Source: Zygnema circumcarinatum SAG 698-1b (taxonomy: Eukaryota; Plantae; Zygnematophyceae). Taken from it: DNA of 64,000 nucleotides. Positions 12,546 to 25,700 of the stretch are shown piece after piece; position 1 is the stretch's first letter, and each line of letters begins with the position of its first letter. The notes under the pieces were generated by a model. The model had not been told where the DNA came from. It made no database searches and saw only the letters and a program-made list of their open reading frames with translations. The position numbers and the translations under genes are program-made. The stretch spans positions 1,696,297 through 1,760,296 of the forward strand of contig CM074819.1 in assembly GCA_037447605.1 (NCBI GenBank), read 5' to 3'.

Positions 12546-12926
12546 TGGCATTGGTCTCACGATGGCGATGATGCCATCAAATGTACATGGATAACATCAT
12601 CATGGGGAACCACGAGGAACTGGGCGCAAAGGACCTAAGGACAAAAGAAAAAAGCTTCAGGAGCGAAAAACTACGCCTAGGCTCAACAACGCAGCCCAGT
12701 TTCGTATTTTGCTTTCACTCGTGACTTCATGAAAAATGATGATTGTATGACTTTATTGAGCTACTACTCGCACTGGGAAGGACGCTTTCAGCTCGTGGCT
12801 TTGTCCTTTTTGTCTGTTGGTCCTCTATGAGAGAGAGCCTGAGCGGTTGGTTCCTCGTGGTTCCCCTTGTTGACTTTGTCTATGTGCATGGGATGGCATG
12901 GCATGGCCATTGTGAGACCAATGCCA
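12546..12926. mobile_element. Non-autonomous MITE-like element with ~110-bp imperfect terminal inverted repeats
   Basis: Left end tggcattggtctcacgatggc...ggggaaccacgaggaac...ggacctaaggacaaaagaaaaaagc matches the reverse complement of the right end (tggcattggtctcacaatggc...ggggaaccacgaggaac...ggaccaacagacaaaaaggacaaagc). No clear TSD seen. Confidence 0.7.
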
Positions 12927-13217
12927 ACTTCTTCCTTTATGGCCCTGCGAAGCCCAAACAAAACCAGACCAAACTAGATGGCGAAGGAAGGAGGGTCCCA
13001 ATCAGGCAGATCGCACAAGCTCTGCTGTTGCTTACCAAGGGCGGCTCCATGAAGGGATGCTCAAAGCCTGTGCACATGGGAAGCCCATCCATACACGAGG
13101 CCAACAAAATGTTTCGAGCATCCAGGGTGGACAACCCCCGACATTGCGAACAACAACATGTCTCATGCATGCATGCCATCCTAGGAGGAAACAAACATGC
13201 CATGTTACGCATGACTG

Positions 13218-13372
13218 GTACAACGTCCCAGTACGGTTCGTACACTACCTTACGGTACGGTACAGTACTGTAAGGAAACACGGAACCAGTACTGTACAGT
13301 TTGAGCCGTACAGTTCTGGTACGAAAACAATCGGACCCGTACGTTAAAGTACAATACGGAATGTGACCGTAC
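13218..13372. promoter_or_regulatory. GTAC motif array (13 copies in ~155 bp) upstream of UPL1
   Basis: GTAC at 13218, 13231, 13240, 13255, 13260, 13265, 13289, 13294, 13308, 13319, 13339, 13349, 13369. GTAC is the SBP-box/CuRE core; the regulatory role is inferred. Confidence 0.45.
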
Positions 13373-13755
13373 GAGCGGACGAAATGGGATGCATGGGTCC
13401 GTCCCCTCTGATGGCCTCTTCAATTGAAGGGTTTGAACTTTGAATGGGAGCTTTTGCAGCAGCAGCAGCAGGAGGGAGAGGGAGAGGGAGAGGGAGGAGG
13501 AGGGGGAGGAATCTTGGAAGCAGAACGCCGTCTGTCCGCGCATATCTCTCCCTTACGGCTGCGATACTCACTTGATCTTCTGACTTTTTGGAAAGATAGA
13601 AAGCTGCAGACGTTGCTGCTGCAGGGCTGCTGAAAAAGGGGAAGCAAGGCATGTGCTGGCCGCTAAGCTGGCATGTGCAGATTTAGGGAATTGGAAAGAG
13701 ATTGAAGAGTGGACAAAGGTGCTAGTTGTTGCTCTATTAAGGGGAGGGAGCCACC

Positions 13756-16700
13756 ATGAAAGCGAAGAAGAAACGAGGAGTTGAAGCGGTAAGCTGTTGT
13801 CCGTCTGAATTTGATTTCAAGTAATTTGGAGAGAGCAGTATTGCAACACTCACTGCTGTTCCTTGAAGCTCCTTGTCAGGAATGTGTTGCTCCATATGCT
13901 GCTCGCTTATCCTGCTAGCAAGCTTCGGGAGCACTGAAGCGTCCATTTCATTTCAACTTTTTAGGAACTAAGCAGAACTAAACTTTTAGGCTGGCAAGCT
14001 TTCAAATGTTTCAAAATGCTCATTTCTTTTTCCTTCGATATGTTGTAATTACAGCCTCCCAAGGTCGGGGCATTCATCGAACGCGTTACAGGAGCGCCGT
14101 CGTCGTCTGTTCCCGGGAATTTCCTGAACCTGCTGTCGTCCTTCACCTGGGAATTCGAAAAGGCACGGCTCTGACACTCGTTCACTCCCTTTTCACTCCC
14201 TCCCCTGACCTTCTTTTCATTTCTGGAGGCGAATATTCTGCATATTTTTTTTTCTTTTGCGTCTGTCGAGACCGGACGCGTCTGCAGAGGATGACTGAGA
14301 GAGCGATTAGGCGGAGAGCCATGGAGCAGAGGCATAGGCATAGGGCTTATGTAACTAATCATGTTCATATTCTGCTATTCGTGGGGTGAATGAATCGAAC
14401 TCTACAGGGGGACTTCTATCACTGGGTGGATTTGTTCAACCACTTTGACTCCTATTTTGAGCAGCACGTTGAGCCCCGCCATGACTTACAACTCCTTGGG
14501 CAGTTCGAGCAACCCGATGCACCGTTTTCTAAGGAAGAAGTCATCCAGATACTGCGAGTGACTCGTATCATATTGGAGAATTGCTCGAACAAGCACCTCT
14601 ATAGCTCTGTGGAGGTACCTCTCCGTCACTCTCCTGTCCCTCCTCTATCTCGCTCTCTCCCCTTTCCCTTTCTTGTACCTCCACTGTCTGTTTGTTTCTC
14701 TGTATGTGTCTACTCTCGTCTCTCCGTCCTCCCTCTCTTTCTTTCATGCGCTTCCTCATCCTCGTCCATCGAGCACATTGAGCACATCGGCTTCTCGAAA
14801 AGGTGGTTGGGCTGTAGAGTTTTACCGGATACGTGCAATAGGGCATATTTTTTCCTTTTTAATGTCATACAAGTAACATCCGCATGACTTTTTTATCTGC
14901 GAGGTTTTAGAGAGGAATAAGTGTTTGCATGTCTCTTTGCATATGCGAGAACGCGCCTTCAGCTCCTCATATCCAGACACTTCAGAGTACAAACAGTGGG
15001 GGGTCTCCATGATGATTATGAACATAAATGAACATTGAATACTAGGCAGTGGATTTGCATGTACAAACGTGTTTGATTGTTGGAAATCCTCTCACTTCCA
15101 CATCAACTGCAAAACAAGAAAGTGGACGATTAGCGTAATGGGCAGTGCAAAGTCCCGCTGATTTATGCCCTGTTATCCCCTTTCTACTGTTTTTTTTTTT
15201 TTGTGTTTTCAGCATGTCAGCCTCCTCCTTGCTTCTACGGATGTGAAGGTTGTGATTGCTGCCTTAGAAGTTCTGGCAGCCTTTGTGAAGAAGCCTTTTC
15301 TTACAAGAAGTGGGCGCTGGCACGGAGAACCGAGCACAAATGCGAGGCTATTCTCTCTTTCACAGGGATGGGGGGGCAAGGAGGAGGGGCTGGGACTGCT
15401 CGCTTGTGCTTCAGGAAATGGCCTCGATTCTGATGCACAGCGACTGGGTTCCACACTTCATTTTGAGTTCTATGCATCGAGTCTAAATCCTGGAGCAGAG
15501 GATGCAGGAGCACGCACTGGGCTTCAAGTCATTCATATTGTGGATGTGCGCAAGCGGCCGGAAAGCGATCTTGAACTCGTGCAGCAGCTTGTGAGACAAC
15601 ATGCAGTTCCTCCGAACCTGCGATTCTCTTTGCTGACTCGTTTGCGATTTGCTCGCGCGTTTGCGACGTTGGAGGAGCGGAGAGACTACATTAGAGTGCG
15701 GCTGCTAGCATTCACCGTGCTCCTGCAGTCCAACCCAGATCATGAGGACCTTACAGCTTTTTTTGTGAATGAACCTGAGTTTGTAAACGAGCTCGTGATG
15801 CTGCTGAGGGCAGAGGAAGTAGTGCCTGAGGAGATTCGATCGCTTGCAGTTTTGGCACTCACAGCTCAGTCTCAAGACCGGCCCCGTCAGTCAAATGTGC
15901 TGAATGTGATTGGTGGGGGTGGGCATCGCGGAATACTACCTAGCCTTATGCAGAAAGCCATTGGTTCCCTTACTACAGGCTCTCCCGGAGCCTGCTCCGT
16001 ATCCTTTGTTGAGGCCCTTTTGGGTCTTGTTGCAGCGCTTGTAAGTACATCCTCAGGCTGCGCCTCACTGCGGGAGGCAGGTCTTATTCCTACTCTTCTT
16101 CCTCTCTTGAAAGACACTAATCCAGAGCATTCTCACCTCCTCAGTTCTGCAGCATATATTTTGGAAGCATTTATGGATTTCTCAAATGCGGCGTCAGCCC
16201 TATTCAGGGATTTGGGTGGTCTGGACGACACTATTGAGAGGTTGAAGCTGGAGGTCATGAAAGTGGAGAACAGCATCGCAGCAAAAACAGATGTAGAATC
16301 GTCTGGGAGAAATGAGGAGAGAGGAAGTGAAGACAGAGTCATGCTAGATGATAGTGCCAAGGGAAAGGCACTCATGTTGGAGGATAGTATACCTCAGGGG
16401 AATGCAAATGGGGCATCCTCAGCCAGCTCAGAGGCCATACCATATTCTCAAAGGCTGCTCCTGAAGGCACTACTTAGGGCTATTGCTTTGGCCAATTTTG
16501 TCCCTCGAAGCACTGCAAGGGTTCATGGAGTGGAAGATAGTCCTCTACCAGGTTGTCTCTGTAAGATATTCCGCCATGCGAAAGTTTTTGGTGGCGGTGT
16601 GTTCTCTTTAGCTGCATCAGTTATAAGTGGTCTGATACACCATGATCCAACATGCTACCCAGCTTTGGACGCAGCTGGATTACCCAAAGCATTTTTGGAT

Positions 16701-19700
16701 TCGATCTTGACTGGTAAGGCTTCCATTATATTCTAGCTCAATGGCAGCCGAGTCAATGAGTGTATGTTTCAGCACACAGTCAGTGTTGTCGGGAACTTTT
16801 TCTGCATGAGGTGCAAGGAAGATATTCTGCAGTCACCACACAACCACCAATTCATTCGTTTTGAAATGGTGATTTGCCTGTGGCGGTTCAACGGTGCATG
16901 CATCGGTTGTTCAACGGTTGTTTTTTAGCGACCTTTCCTTCTGAGTGGTTCCGAATCTGAGCCTGCCCTGTTACTTGCCTTGATCTATTGCAGCTATTCT
17001 TCCTTCGTCGGAGGCTATTTGTGCCATCCCCAACGCGTTAGTTGCACTCTGCCTCAACACTTCTGGTTTGCAGGCAGTGAAAGATCGGAATGCTCTCAGC
17101 TGCTTTGTCACAATCTTCACCTCCAAACAATATCAAAAAGCATTAAGTGGGGATACCCCATCGAATTTGGGTGCCGGTTTAGAGGAATTGATGCGTCATG
17201 TCCCCAGTTTGAGGGGTGCGGGTATTTCTACAAGCATAGAGATTTTGAAGATGATTGCTTCCTTGGGAGGTGCTGGAAAATCGAAGACCTTCACAGAAAT
17301 TTTGGCAAGCGTAGGTGTTGTCAAAGAAGGCACAAGTAGTGATGCACCAGTCCCCATGGAAACTGATGGAGAGGAGAAGGCCATGGAAGCCGGTGAAGGT
17401 GGAGCTGAAGGAGAGAGTGGTAAAGCAGAGGCCTCCGAAGAAAATATGGTGTCTCATGTGACTTCGGCAGACGCGGCTGGAGATGTGGAGACATTCCTTC
17501 CTGAGTGCATTGGCAACGCAGTTAGACTCCTTGAATCCATGCTCTCTAATTCAGAGAACAGTAGGGTGTTCATTGAGCAGAGAGGTTTAGAGGCCCTTCT
17601 GACCTTGTATACTTTGCCCAAGCTCCCGCTTTCCTTTGGAGGTTCAAGCACTGCTCATGGAATGTCCATAACGTTCAGAACCTTTACCCCGCAACATGCG
17701 AACCACCTCAATCGTGAGGTTGGTTGTATGCTTCGCGAATGGGTGAAGGTATCCGCAACTCTGGTGCAGAAAAGCCTCTCGGGGAAAAGGTTATCGGAGG
17801 TTTCAGAGGGGCCAAGGACAAGGTTAATCAGATGCTTGGCTGCAACAGAAAGCTTTCTTGGATTGACAGCTGTCTTAGTTAGGAGCTCTGCCTCTATGAT
17901 GACGGAGTTAGCTGCAGCAGGATCTGATCTTTTTGTTAACATTGGCACGATATATCTGGAGATTTTGTGGCAACTGGCAGTTCTGGAAGACAGTAAAGTG
18001 GAATCTAAATCAGAAGGTGAACCTGCGGGCAGTGCTGAATCTACAGATAGAGAGGAGGTCGCCGACATTACCCAGCTCATGCGGTTTATGGATGGTTGGG
18101 GTCCTGGTAGTGCCTCTGGTGTACATGTTGCCCCGGACTATATAACGTTCCCTTTACCTGATGGGGGCATTGTGCATCAGGCTAGGCAAGGAGTTAGAGC
18201 AGGTACAGGCTTGCATAGAGCTCCAAGGCCTCATGTTCCGACAGGTGGAGAGGGAGTTCTGAATGTAACCCATGTTGGAGGGCGTCAAGGAGGCCGAGTG
18301 CCTCGCCATCTTGAAGTGGTGCAAGTTGATTTGGATGGGCCACCTGCTCCTGAAACGTTCCAATCAGACTTTGCCAAGGGAAAGCCTGCAAATGTGGTGC
18401 ACCAAGAAGTAATGGCGAGGCTTGTTGGGGCTGTAAAGTTGCTATTTGCTGCGCTCGCAAAGATGATGGTAGTACCTTCTCGGCGAAGGGATGATTTGGC
18501 CAGTCTCACTCTTCCAGCGAAGAAAGTTGCAAGTTCCATAGCCTGTATTTTTGAAAAGGCTTTGTCGTTTGAGGGCAATTGGTCGGGCACTACATTTGTT
18601 GGCAGTTCCGAGTCCGAGCGGCCTTTGGCGATCAAGTGTCGGTTTCTGGGCAAGGTTGTAGGGGATATGTGCTCCATGCTACTTGATAACCAACGAAGGA
18701 CTTGTAATACTGCACTGTTGATTCACTTTTACAGTTTAGGAGCGATCAAGGAGCTTCTAGTGAGCTTCGAAGCTACCAGTCAGTTACTTTGGACTTTGCC
18801 TCCACAGGCTACATCTAGCTCACCAATGGAAACAGAAACTGGCAAAGGAGAGGATGAGAAAATGAAGGAAAAGCAAGACCTTGGAAGGCCTTGGCTGACT
18901 GAGACACTACGCAGCTATTCTCGATTGCTTGAGCAAATTGTAGCCGCACCTATGTTGCTGACCCCTGCACTGAATGGCCAGCTATTGGTCCAGCCTGTTA
19001 CTGGAGCAACAGTGCAAGTCCCTTCCGTACCTGAGGCATTTGTGAAGCAACTACAAGCTGAGGTTTTAGAGGTTGTGCTGCCAGTTTGGAGGCATCCTCG
19101 ATTTCCTGAATGTAATCCTGTTTTCATCACTTCGGTTGCCACAACGATCAATAACATCTACACGGGTGCTGGAGAAGGTCGACCCACTTCAAGAACAACT
19201 GCTGTTGGGGCTCAGGAAGGACCCCCTGCAAGGCCCCCACCACCCCCACCAGACGAAGCTTTAGTTTCCATGATAGTGGAGATGGGGTTTCCCCGAAATC
19301 GTGCAGAGGAAGCGTTAAGAAGGGTCGGCACAAACAGTGTGGAGATGGCAATGGAATGGCTTTTTAGCCATCCGGCGGAGGAGACTCCGGGGGATGACGA
19401 TGAGTTGGCTCGTGCTTTAGCACTATCTATGGGAAGTGTGGATGGGACTCCAAAGGAGCAGGCAGCGGAAAAACCGAAAGAGGAGAAACCCTCTCCTGAA
19501 GCTGAAGAAAGGAAAGGGCCTCCAGTGGAGGAGATGTTGGAGACTGCTGTGCATCTTTTAGAGCACTCTGAGGCAGTGGCTTTTCCTCTCACGGACTTGC
19601 TGCTCACAATCATTGGGCGAAACAAAGGAGAAGATCGTCCAAGAGTCTTGAATTTCCTGGCACAGCAGCTTAGGCAAAGCAGATTAGGAGATCCTAAATC

Positions 19701-22700
19701 AAAGTCGTACACAGGAGTCTTGTCCACTGTCGCTCATATACTAGCATTGGTTTGCTGCGAAGATGCGTCTGCCAGAGAGGTGGTCGCCAATTCAGGATTG
19801 GCAAAATTCGCCCTTGACCTGTTGTTCACATTTGCGGAAAAGCACGAGTGTCCCGGTGAACCTGGTGTGCCGGTTGAGGCGCCAAAATGGGTGACAGCTC
19901 TCCTCTTGGTTTTAGATTATCTTCTTCAATACAAGCCAACATCACCCTCCTCTGCAGACGACTCGCAGGGGCCGAGCTCACCTAAGGAGCAGGCAGAAGC
20001 TTCTGCAGCTGCACTTCCACCTGCAGACTTGGACATAAGGGCTAATTCTACTGCTACTGCAACTGCTGCTGAGCCGTCCACACCTGTAACGATTGGGACT
20101 GCTCTGCCTCAATTGGAGGCTCCTGCAGGAAAATCAGCTCTTGAAAGTGTGGAGGCTGAAGTAGGAAGACATTCGGAAGTTCGCAAATCAGAGCAAACTG
20201 AAAAGGATTCACTCTTTGATATTTCGGGGAAGTTTACGGGTTACTTGAATGAGCAGGAACAGGGTAGGGCTCTACGGCTGTGTGTAGACTTGATCAAACT
20301 TCAGCTTCCTGCTTCGGCTATGCAGGCTGTGCTTCAACTCTGTGCTCGATTGACCAAAAAACACTCTCTTGCACTGGAATTCTTAGAGAAGGGGGGCCTG
20401 CCGGCACTCCTTAGTCTTCCGAAACAATGTCTCTTTCCCACATTCGACACAGTTGCAGCGAGTATCATACGCCATCTGCTAGAGGATACACATACTCTCC
20501 AAGCTGCAATGGAGTCGGAAATTAAGCACACTTTGAGCTACATGCAGGGAAGGCAGGGAAACCGGCCGGTCTTGGTTGGGCCGTTTCTTACAGCCATGGC
20601 GCCATTGATTACTAGGCAGCCTGCCGTTTTCATGCAGGCAGCAACAACTGTTTGTCAGGTAGAGACTGTTAATGGGCGCTCATCTATTGTCCTGGCCAAG
20701 GATAAAGAGAAGGAGCGGGAGAAAGAAAAGGAGCGGGAGAAAGAAAAGGACAAGGAGAAGGAGAGAGAAAAGAGTAAGGATAAGGACGGGAAGGGCGCCG
20801 CTCCAACAAGTGCATCTGTTCCAATGACTGTCGATTACGGTACAGTTTCCGGAGCTGGAGAAGGAAGTCTGAAAGGACACGATGCTGGAAAAGGACATGA
20901 AGTAATTCTGGCCTCTCGATCTGGAAGACTCAAAAGGGTACCGTCGACATTTGCTCAGGTGATTGATCAATTGTTGGAGGTAATTCTACATTATCCTCCC
21001 TCAGGCCAAGACATGGAGGAGGGCACGGATGGGGAGTCAGCAACAGCGATGGAAGTAGATGACGAGCCACCTAAGCCGGCCGGCCTTCCTTCTTCACAGG
21101 AAGAGAAGAAAGGGAAACTGCCGGAGAGTGCTGGAAAGGAGGAGGAGAGTGACCAGCTTAAGGTGCAAAGCTCTGCCGCTCTGTCAAAGTTAACGTTTGT
21201 TATGCGACTGATGACGGAAATTTTGCTCATGTACTCGTCTGCCAGTGCTGTTGTCCTTAGGCGGGATACGGAGAGCAGCCAAGCAAGTCGTGGTCCAACC
21301 CCATCTGGTGCAGATTTTGCCGGTCACGGTGGTTTATTGTACCACATTTTTCATAGGCTTCTTCCTTATGCTGTCGATAAAGGTGCAGACAGACCGCGAT
21401 TGGAACGTTTGGGGGATAGGGCAGCATATTTTCTGATGGCTCTTTGTGTCCGATCGGGGGAAGGTCGCCGTCGCGTTGTGGCTGAGATGGCTAAAGCACT
21501 GCGAGAGTCGGTTACTGCTTTGTCTAAAGAGGGAAGTCTCGGAAATGCCTCACATCTGCAAGCGCCTACACGCAAAATTCGGGCTTTTGTAGACCTTGCA
21601 AATAGCCTTCTATCACACCCCCCTGCACCAAATAGCACATTGACACCTGGAGTTTCTAGTGACATGGCTCAAACCATGACAGAAGCAGGAATGGTGCAAG
21701 CTCTGACACAGACTCTGCAGTCCATTGACTTGGATCATCCAATTGCGCCCAAGTTGGTGACAACTATCCTTAAGGCCTTAGAGGCCCTTACGAGGGTCAC
21801 AAATGTTGGGGAACAAGGGGTTATTGGTGTTGGTGGAATTGGTCATAGGAGAACGGGTGGTCACGTCGATCGAACGGGAGCAGGACAGAGAGGGGCGGAT
21901 GAGAGGGAAGGGAGAAGGGAACCTACTCCAGGGGCTAATCATTTGGGAGCTGGACAACCTGATGAGCATATGCCGGACTCAAATCCGGAGGCAGGAGTGG
22001 CTGGTGGGGTGGATGGGCGAGAAAGACAAGAAGCAGACGAGGAAGAAAGGCATGATCGCGATATCATGGAGCACGATCAAAGGGTGGAAGAGGAGGAAGA
22101 GGAAGCGAGAATGGACCATCACGTTCGTTTAGCGGTGGAAGGTGTGCATAGATATCCGGATTCTGGTTCAGATCCCATGTTTAGGCCGGAACTGGATATG
22201 GTGCTGCAATTTGACTCGATTGAAAGAGATGGAGATGGGGATGATGGACAGCATGATGACGATGAGGAGGACATGGAAGGGGATGATGGAGATGAAGAAG
22301 GAGACGATCTGGCAGAAGATGATGATGAAGATGAAGAGCTTGATGAGGATGGTGAAGAAGATCAAGAAGGTGATGGTGGGCAAGTCTCACCTCCAGACAC
22401 AGATGGAGAAGATCACGATGATGATGAACATGGGCTTGGGGAAGATTATAATGAAGAGCAAGATGCAGAAGATGATGAGGAGGATGAAGATGACTGGGAC
22501 GACCAACGAATGATTGAGGTGCGTTGGCGGGACGGATTGACTGGAATGGATAGAGTCCAACTCTTGGCGGGAGGGGCAGACATTGGTGGTGTGATAGATT
22601 TCCCAGGTGGGTTTATGCAGAGAGTATCTGGGGGCGATCCCGTATATATGAACATTGACGATGTGCTTAGCACATTTAGAAGAGCTGCAGGGGCAGATAG

Positions 22701-25700
22701 ACGACGAGGAAACTTCAGAGGGTTTGGTCAGCCCTTGCGGCAGACTCAAGCAGCGGGAGTTAGTCATCCTCTCCTTGCTCGACCGTCCGGAGGAGGAGGG
22801 GAGGCAGCTGATGGAGTGGCGGTAATGGCATCAGGAGTGGGTTCTGGGGGAGTTTTGGGTCGACTGGAGGCTGAAGAGCTTCTAGGCAGAGGGGATATGG
22901 CGCAGCTTATGTTCTATGATCACCCCTTTTTGGGTGAACAGATGGCAGATGGATTGTTGAACCAGAGGACATTCGGAGGGGGGCCTTCACAGCTCCTAGA
23001 TTTTGCTGACGATCCCATGTATATGATGTGGAGGACTGGAAGGATGGATGGGAGATTGAGCAGCTGGACAGATGATGGCCTACCTCAATCGGGAGCTCTT
23101 GCATCAGGAATTGCCCAGACAATAGAAAATGAATTTTTAGTGAGAGTACCGGCTGTTAGTTCAACTCCTCAACAGCAGCCAACTCCACCTGGAGAAGCAA
23201 CTACTGGGCAACCAACTTCTAGTGGAGCTGAGGTTGGAGCAGCCCAAGGAGCTGCCCCCCCTCCATCTGAGAGACCTTTAGGAGCCACTTCTCAACCCGA
23301 AAGAATAGATAATCTATCAGACCAACTTCCTACAACGGGTGTCCCAGCAACTGAAACTGCTAATACTGGATTAACAGAGGGAGCAGTGCATATGCCAAAT
23401 GGCGGGGCAAGAGATTCTGAGCAAAGAGGTGCATCTGTTGAAGAGGTTCCTAGTGATCAAACTGAGAGAAGAGAGTGTGGTAGGGGTGAGACTGGCGAGG
23501 GCAGAGAACATGGACGGAGCATTAATGACAATGATGTCTTGATGCGTGATATTCGAGCAGAAAGGAATGAGCTTGCAGGACGAGATGCAGAGGTTGTCAG
23601 TCAAGATAGTGGCGGAAGTGGGGCAACTGCGGGAGAGAGTTTGCGGAGTTTGGAAGTGGAGGTTGGCAGTGTTGATGGACATGATGAAAGTGATCGATTA
23701 ACCACTACTGAAAGAATGCCTCCTTCAGGGGATATGCCAATGCAGGGTACAAGTGAAGGTAATAGGCATGAATCAGCGGGAGCGTTGGAGTTTAGAGATA
23801 GGGATGAAGCGATGGAAGCAGCACCATCAGCAGAGGGAGAAGGTGCGGGAGGAGAACATAGAGGGGTTGGAGCTCAGACGGAGTCCTATAGAACTGAGAG
23901 TACAGCTGCAAACCCACCGAGCATTGCAGAGCCATCTAGGGGTGCATCTGCAGAAGCTGCTATATCAGCATCAGAGAGGGCAGATCATACTGTAGTGAGA
24001 CGAGTAGAGGGAGGCGAACCTCGACCTCAGCCTGCAGGAAATGACATTGATCCAACCTTTTTGGAAGCATTGCCGGAGGACCTCCGTGCAGAAGTATTGG
24101 CATCTCAACAAGTGCAAGTAGCAAGAGCTGTAACTTCACAACCTCCTCCTCCTGAAGATATGGGAGAACTCGATCCTGAGTTTTTGGCTGCCCTTCCCCC
24201 TGATATTCAGGCTGAAGTTTTAGCACAGCAACGTGCACAGCGGGCAATAGCTGCACATGCTGCGGCTGAGGGCCAACCCGTGGATATGGACAGTGCATCC
24301 ATCATTGCTACATTTCCAGCAGAACTGAGAGAAGAGGTAAATCGGCACTTTTTGTTTCAGCAATTCATCTCCTGGAAGCATTGGCTCGAGTCTCCGAACT
24401 TCCTCTCGTGCCATAATAGTGTCGTAGGGCGACTGCTTGCAAATGCTGATGGACATGTGCCCGCTAAGTTAAGATGGGAGTGGTGTTGTATTGAGTATTT
24501 TTAGCCCAAAGTTTTCTACTTCTTGTGTAACATTTGACCATTATGTTTTAGCATTTACGGGGTGGGGTGTTCACATATTGCACTGGGTCATCTTTGTGTT
24601 CTGATTTTGATTGGAGTATGATTAATTCATCGATTTATGTTCCGAAAAAGTAGTAACCACTCAAGGCCAGGTAGAGTTCCTATTCAGCGCTGGATAAGAG
24701 GTTTCTAGAGTAGCTCTGTAATTCTAAAGACAAAAAGTTATCCATGTTCATGCCTCTAAATCACTTTCAAACCCCCCCCTCTTTGTCTGTATCCTACCCT
24801 CTCTCGCATTTTGTAGGTCCTATTGACCTCATCTGAATCGGTACTGGCTGCCCTTCCTCCTGCACTTTTGGCCGAAGCTCAGCTTCTAAGAGAGCGAGCT
24901 ATGAACCAATACCAAGCTCGTGGTTTGTATGGAGGGCAGAGGCTAGGAGGGCATCATAGAAGAGCTCATGTGGGAGGTGGGGTAGGAGGAGGAGGGGGAG
25001 GAGGAGGAGGAGGAGGAGGAGGTGGAGGAGGAGGAGGGGCTGCACAGCCAACAGCTGCAGGAACAGACCCACGGACAGTGGGTGGTAGGCCACGTGGCTA
25101 TCTTCCATATCAGCTTGGAAGTGGTACGGCGGGATCAGGTGTAGGAGCAGCGAATGGAAGTGGTAAAGGGAGGGAGAGCGAAGGGAAGCCATTGGTGGAT
25201 GTGAGCGCACTAAGGTCTCTCTTAAGGCTGCTCCGACTTGCACAGGTACATGCATTAATCATGCTCATAGAGCAGGCCCGTTTGTATGTACTGAGAGGTT
25301 ACTGCAGGACTGTTAGTGAGGAATGGGTCTTCCCTTTCCTTAGTTTGGAGTTGGTAACACTTTTGGACCATGAATTGAGATCTAGTGAAACCTATGCATA
25401 TCAAAAGGATCGAATGATGATGATGTGTAGAAATCCCCCGCAGCATGGCCTATGTATTACCGACATTTGACGCTGTGATTGCTTATTTTATCTGGATTGT
25501 TCGCTTTGAAGATTCGGAAGCAAAACTCTGACATTGAAAAAGCATCCTCTGTGTGGTGATGTGCAGCCTTTAGGGAAGGGCTTGCTGCAGCGTCTCCTTC
25601 TCAACCTCTGCTCCCACAGCTTAACAAGGGCCTGCCTTCTGCAGCTACTTTTGGATATGTTAAGACCAGAAGCAGAGGGAGTTGCTGTTGGTATTACTGC

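Noticed and set aside
17179-24456. Many antisense and alternative-frame ORFs over the large UPL1 exon
   Set aside because: Shadow ORFs of a long real CDS with no independent evidence.
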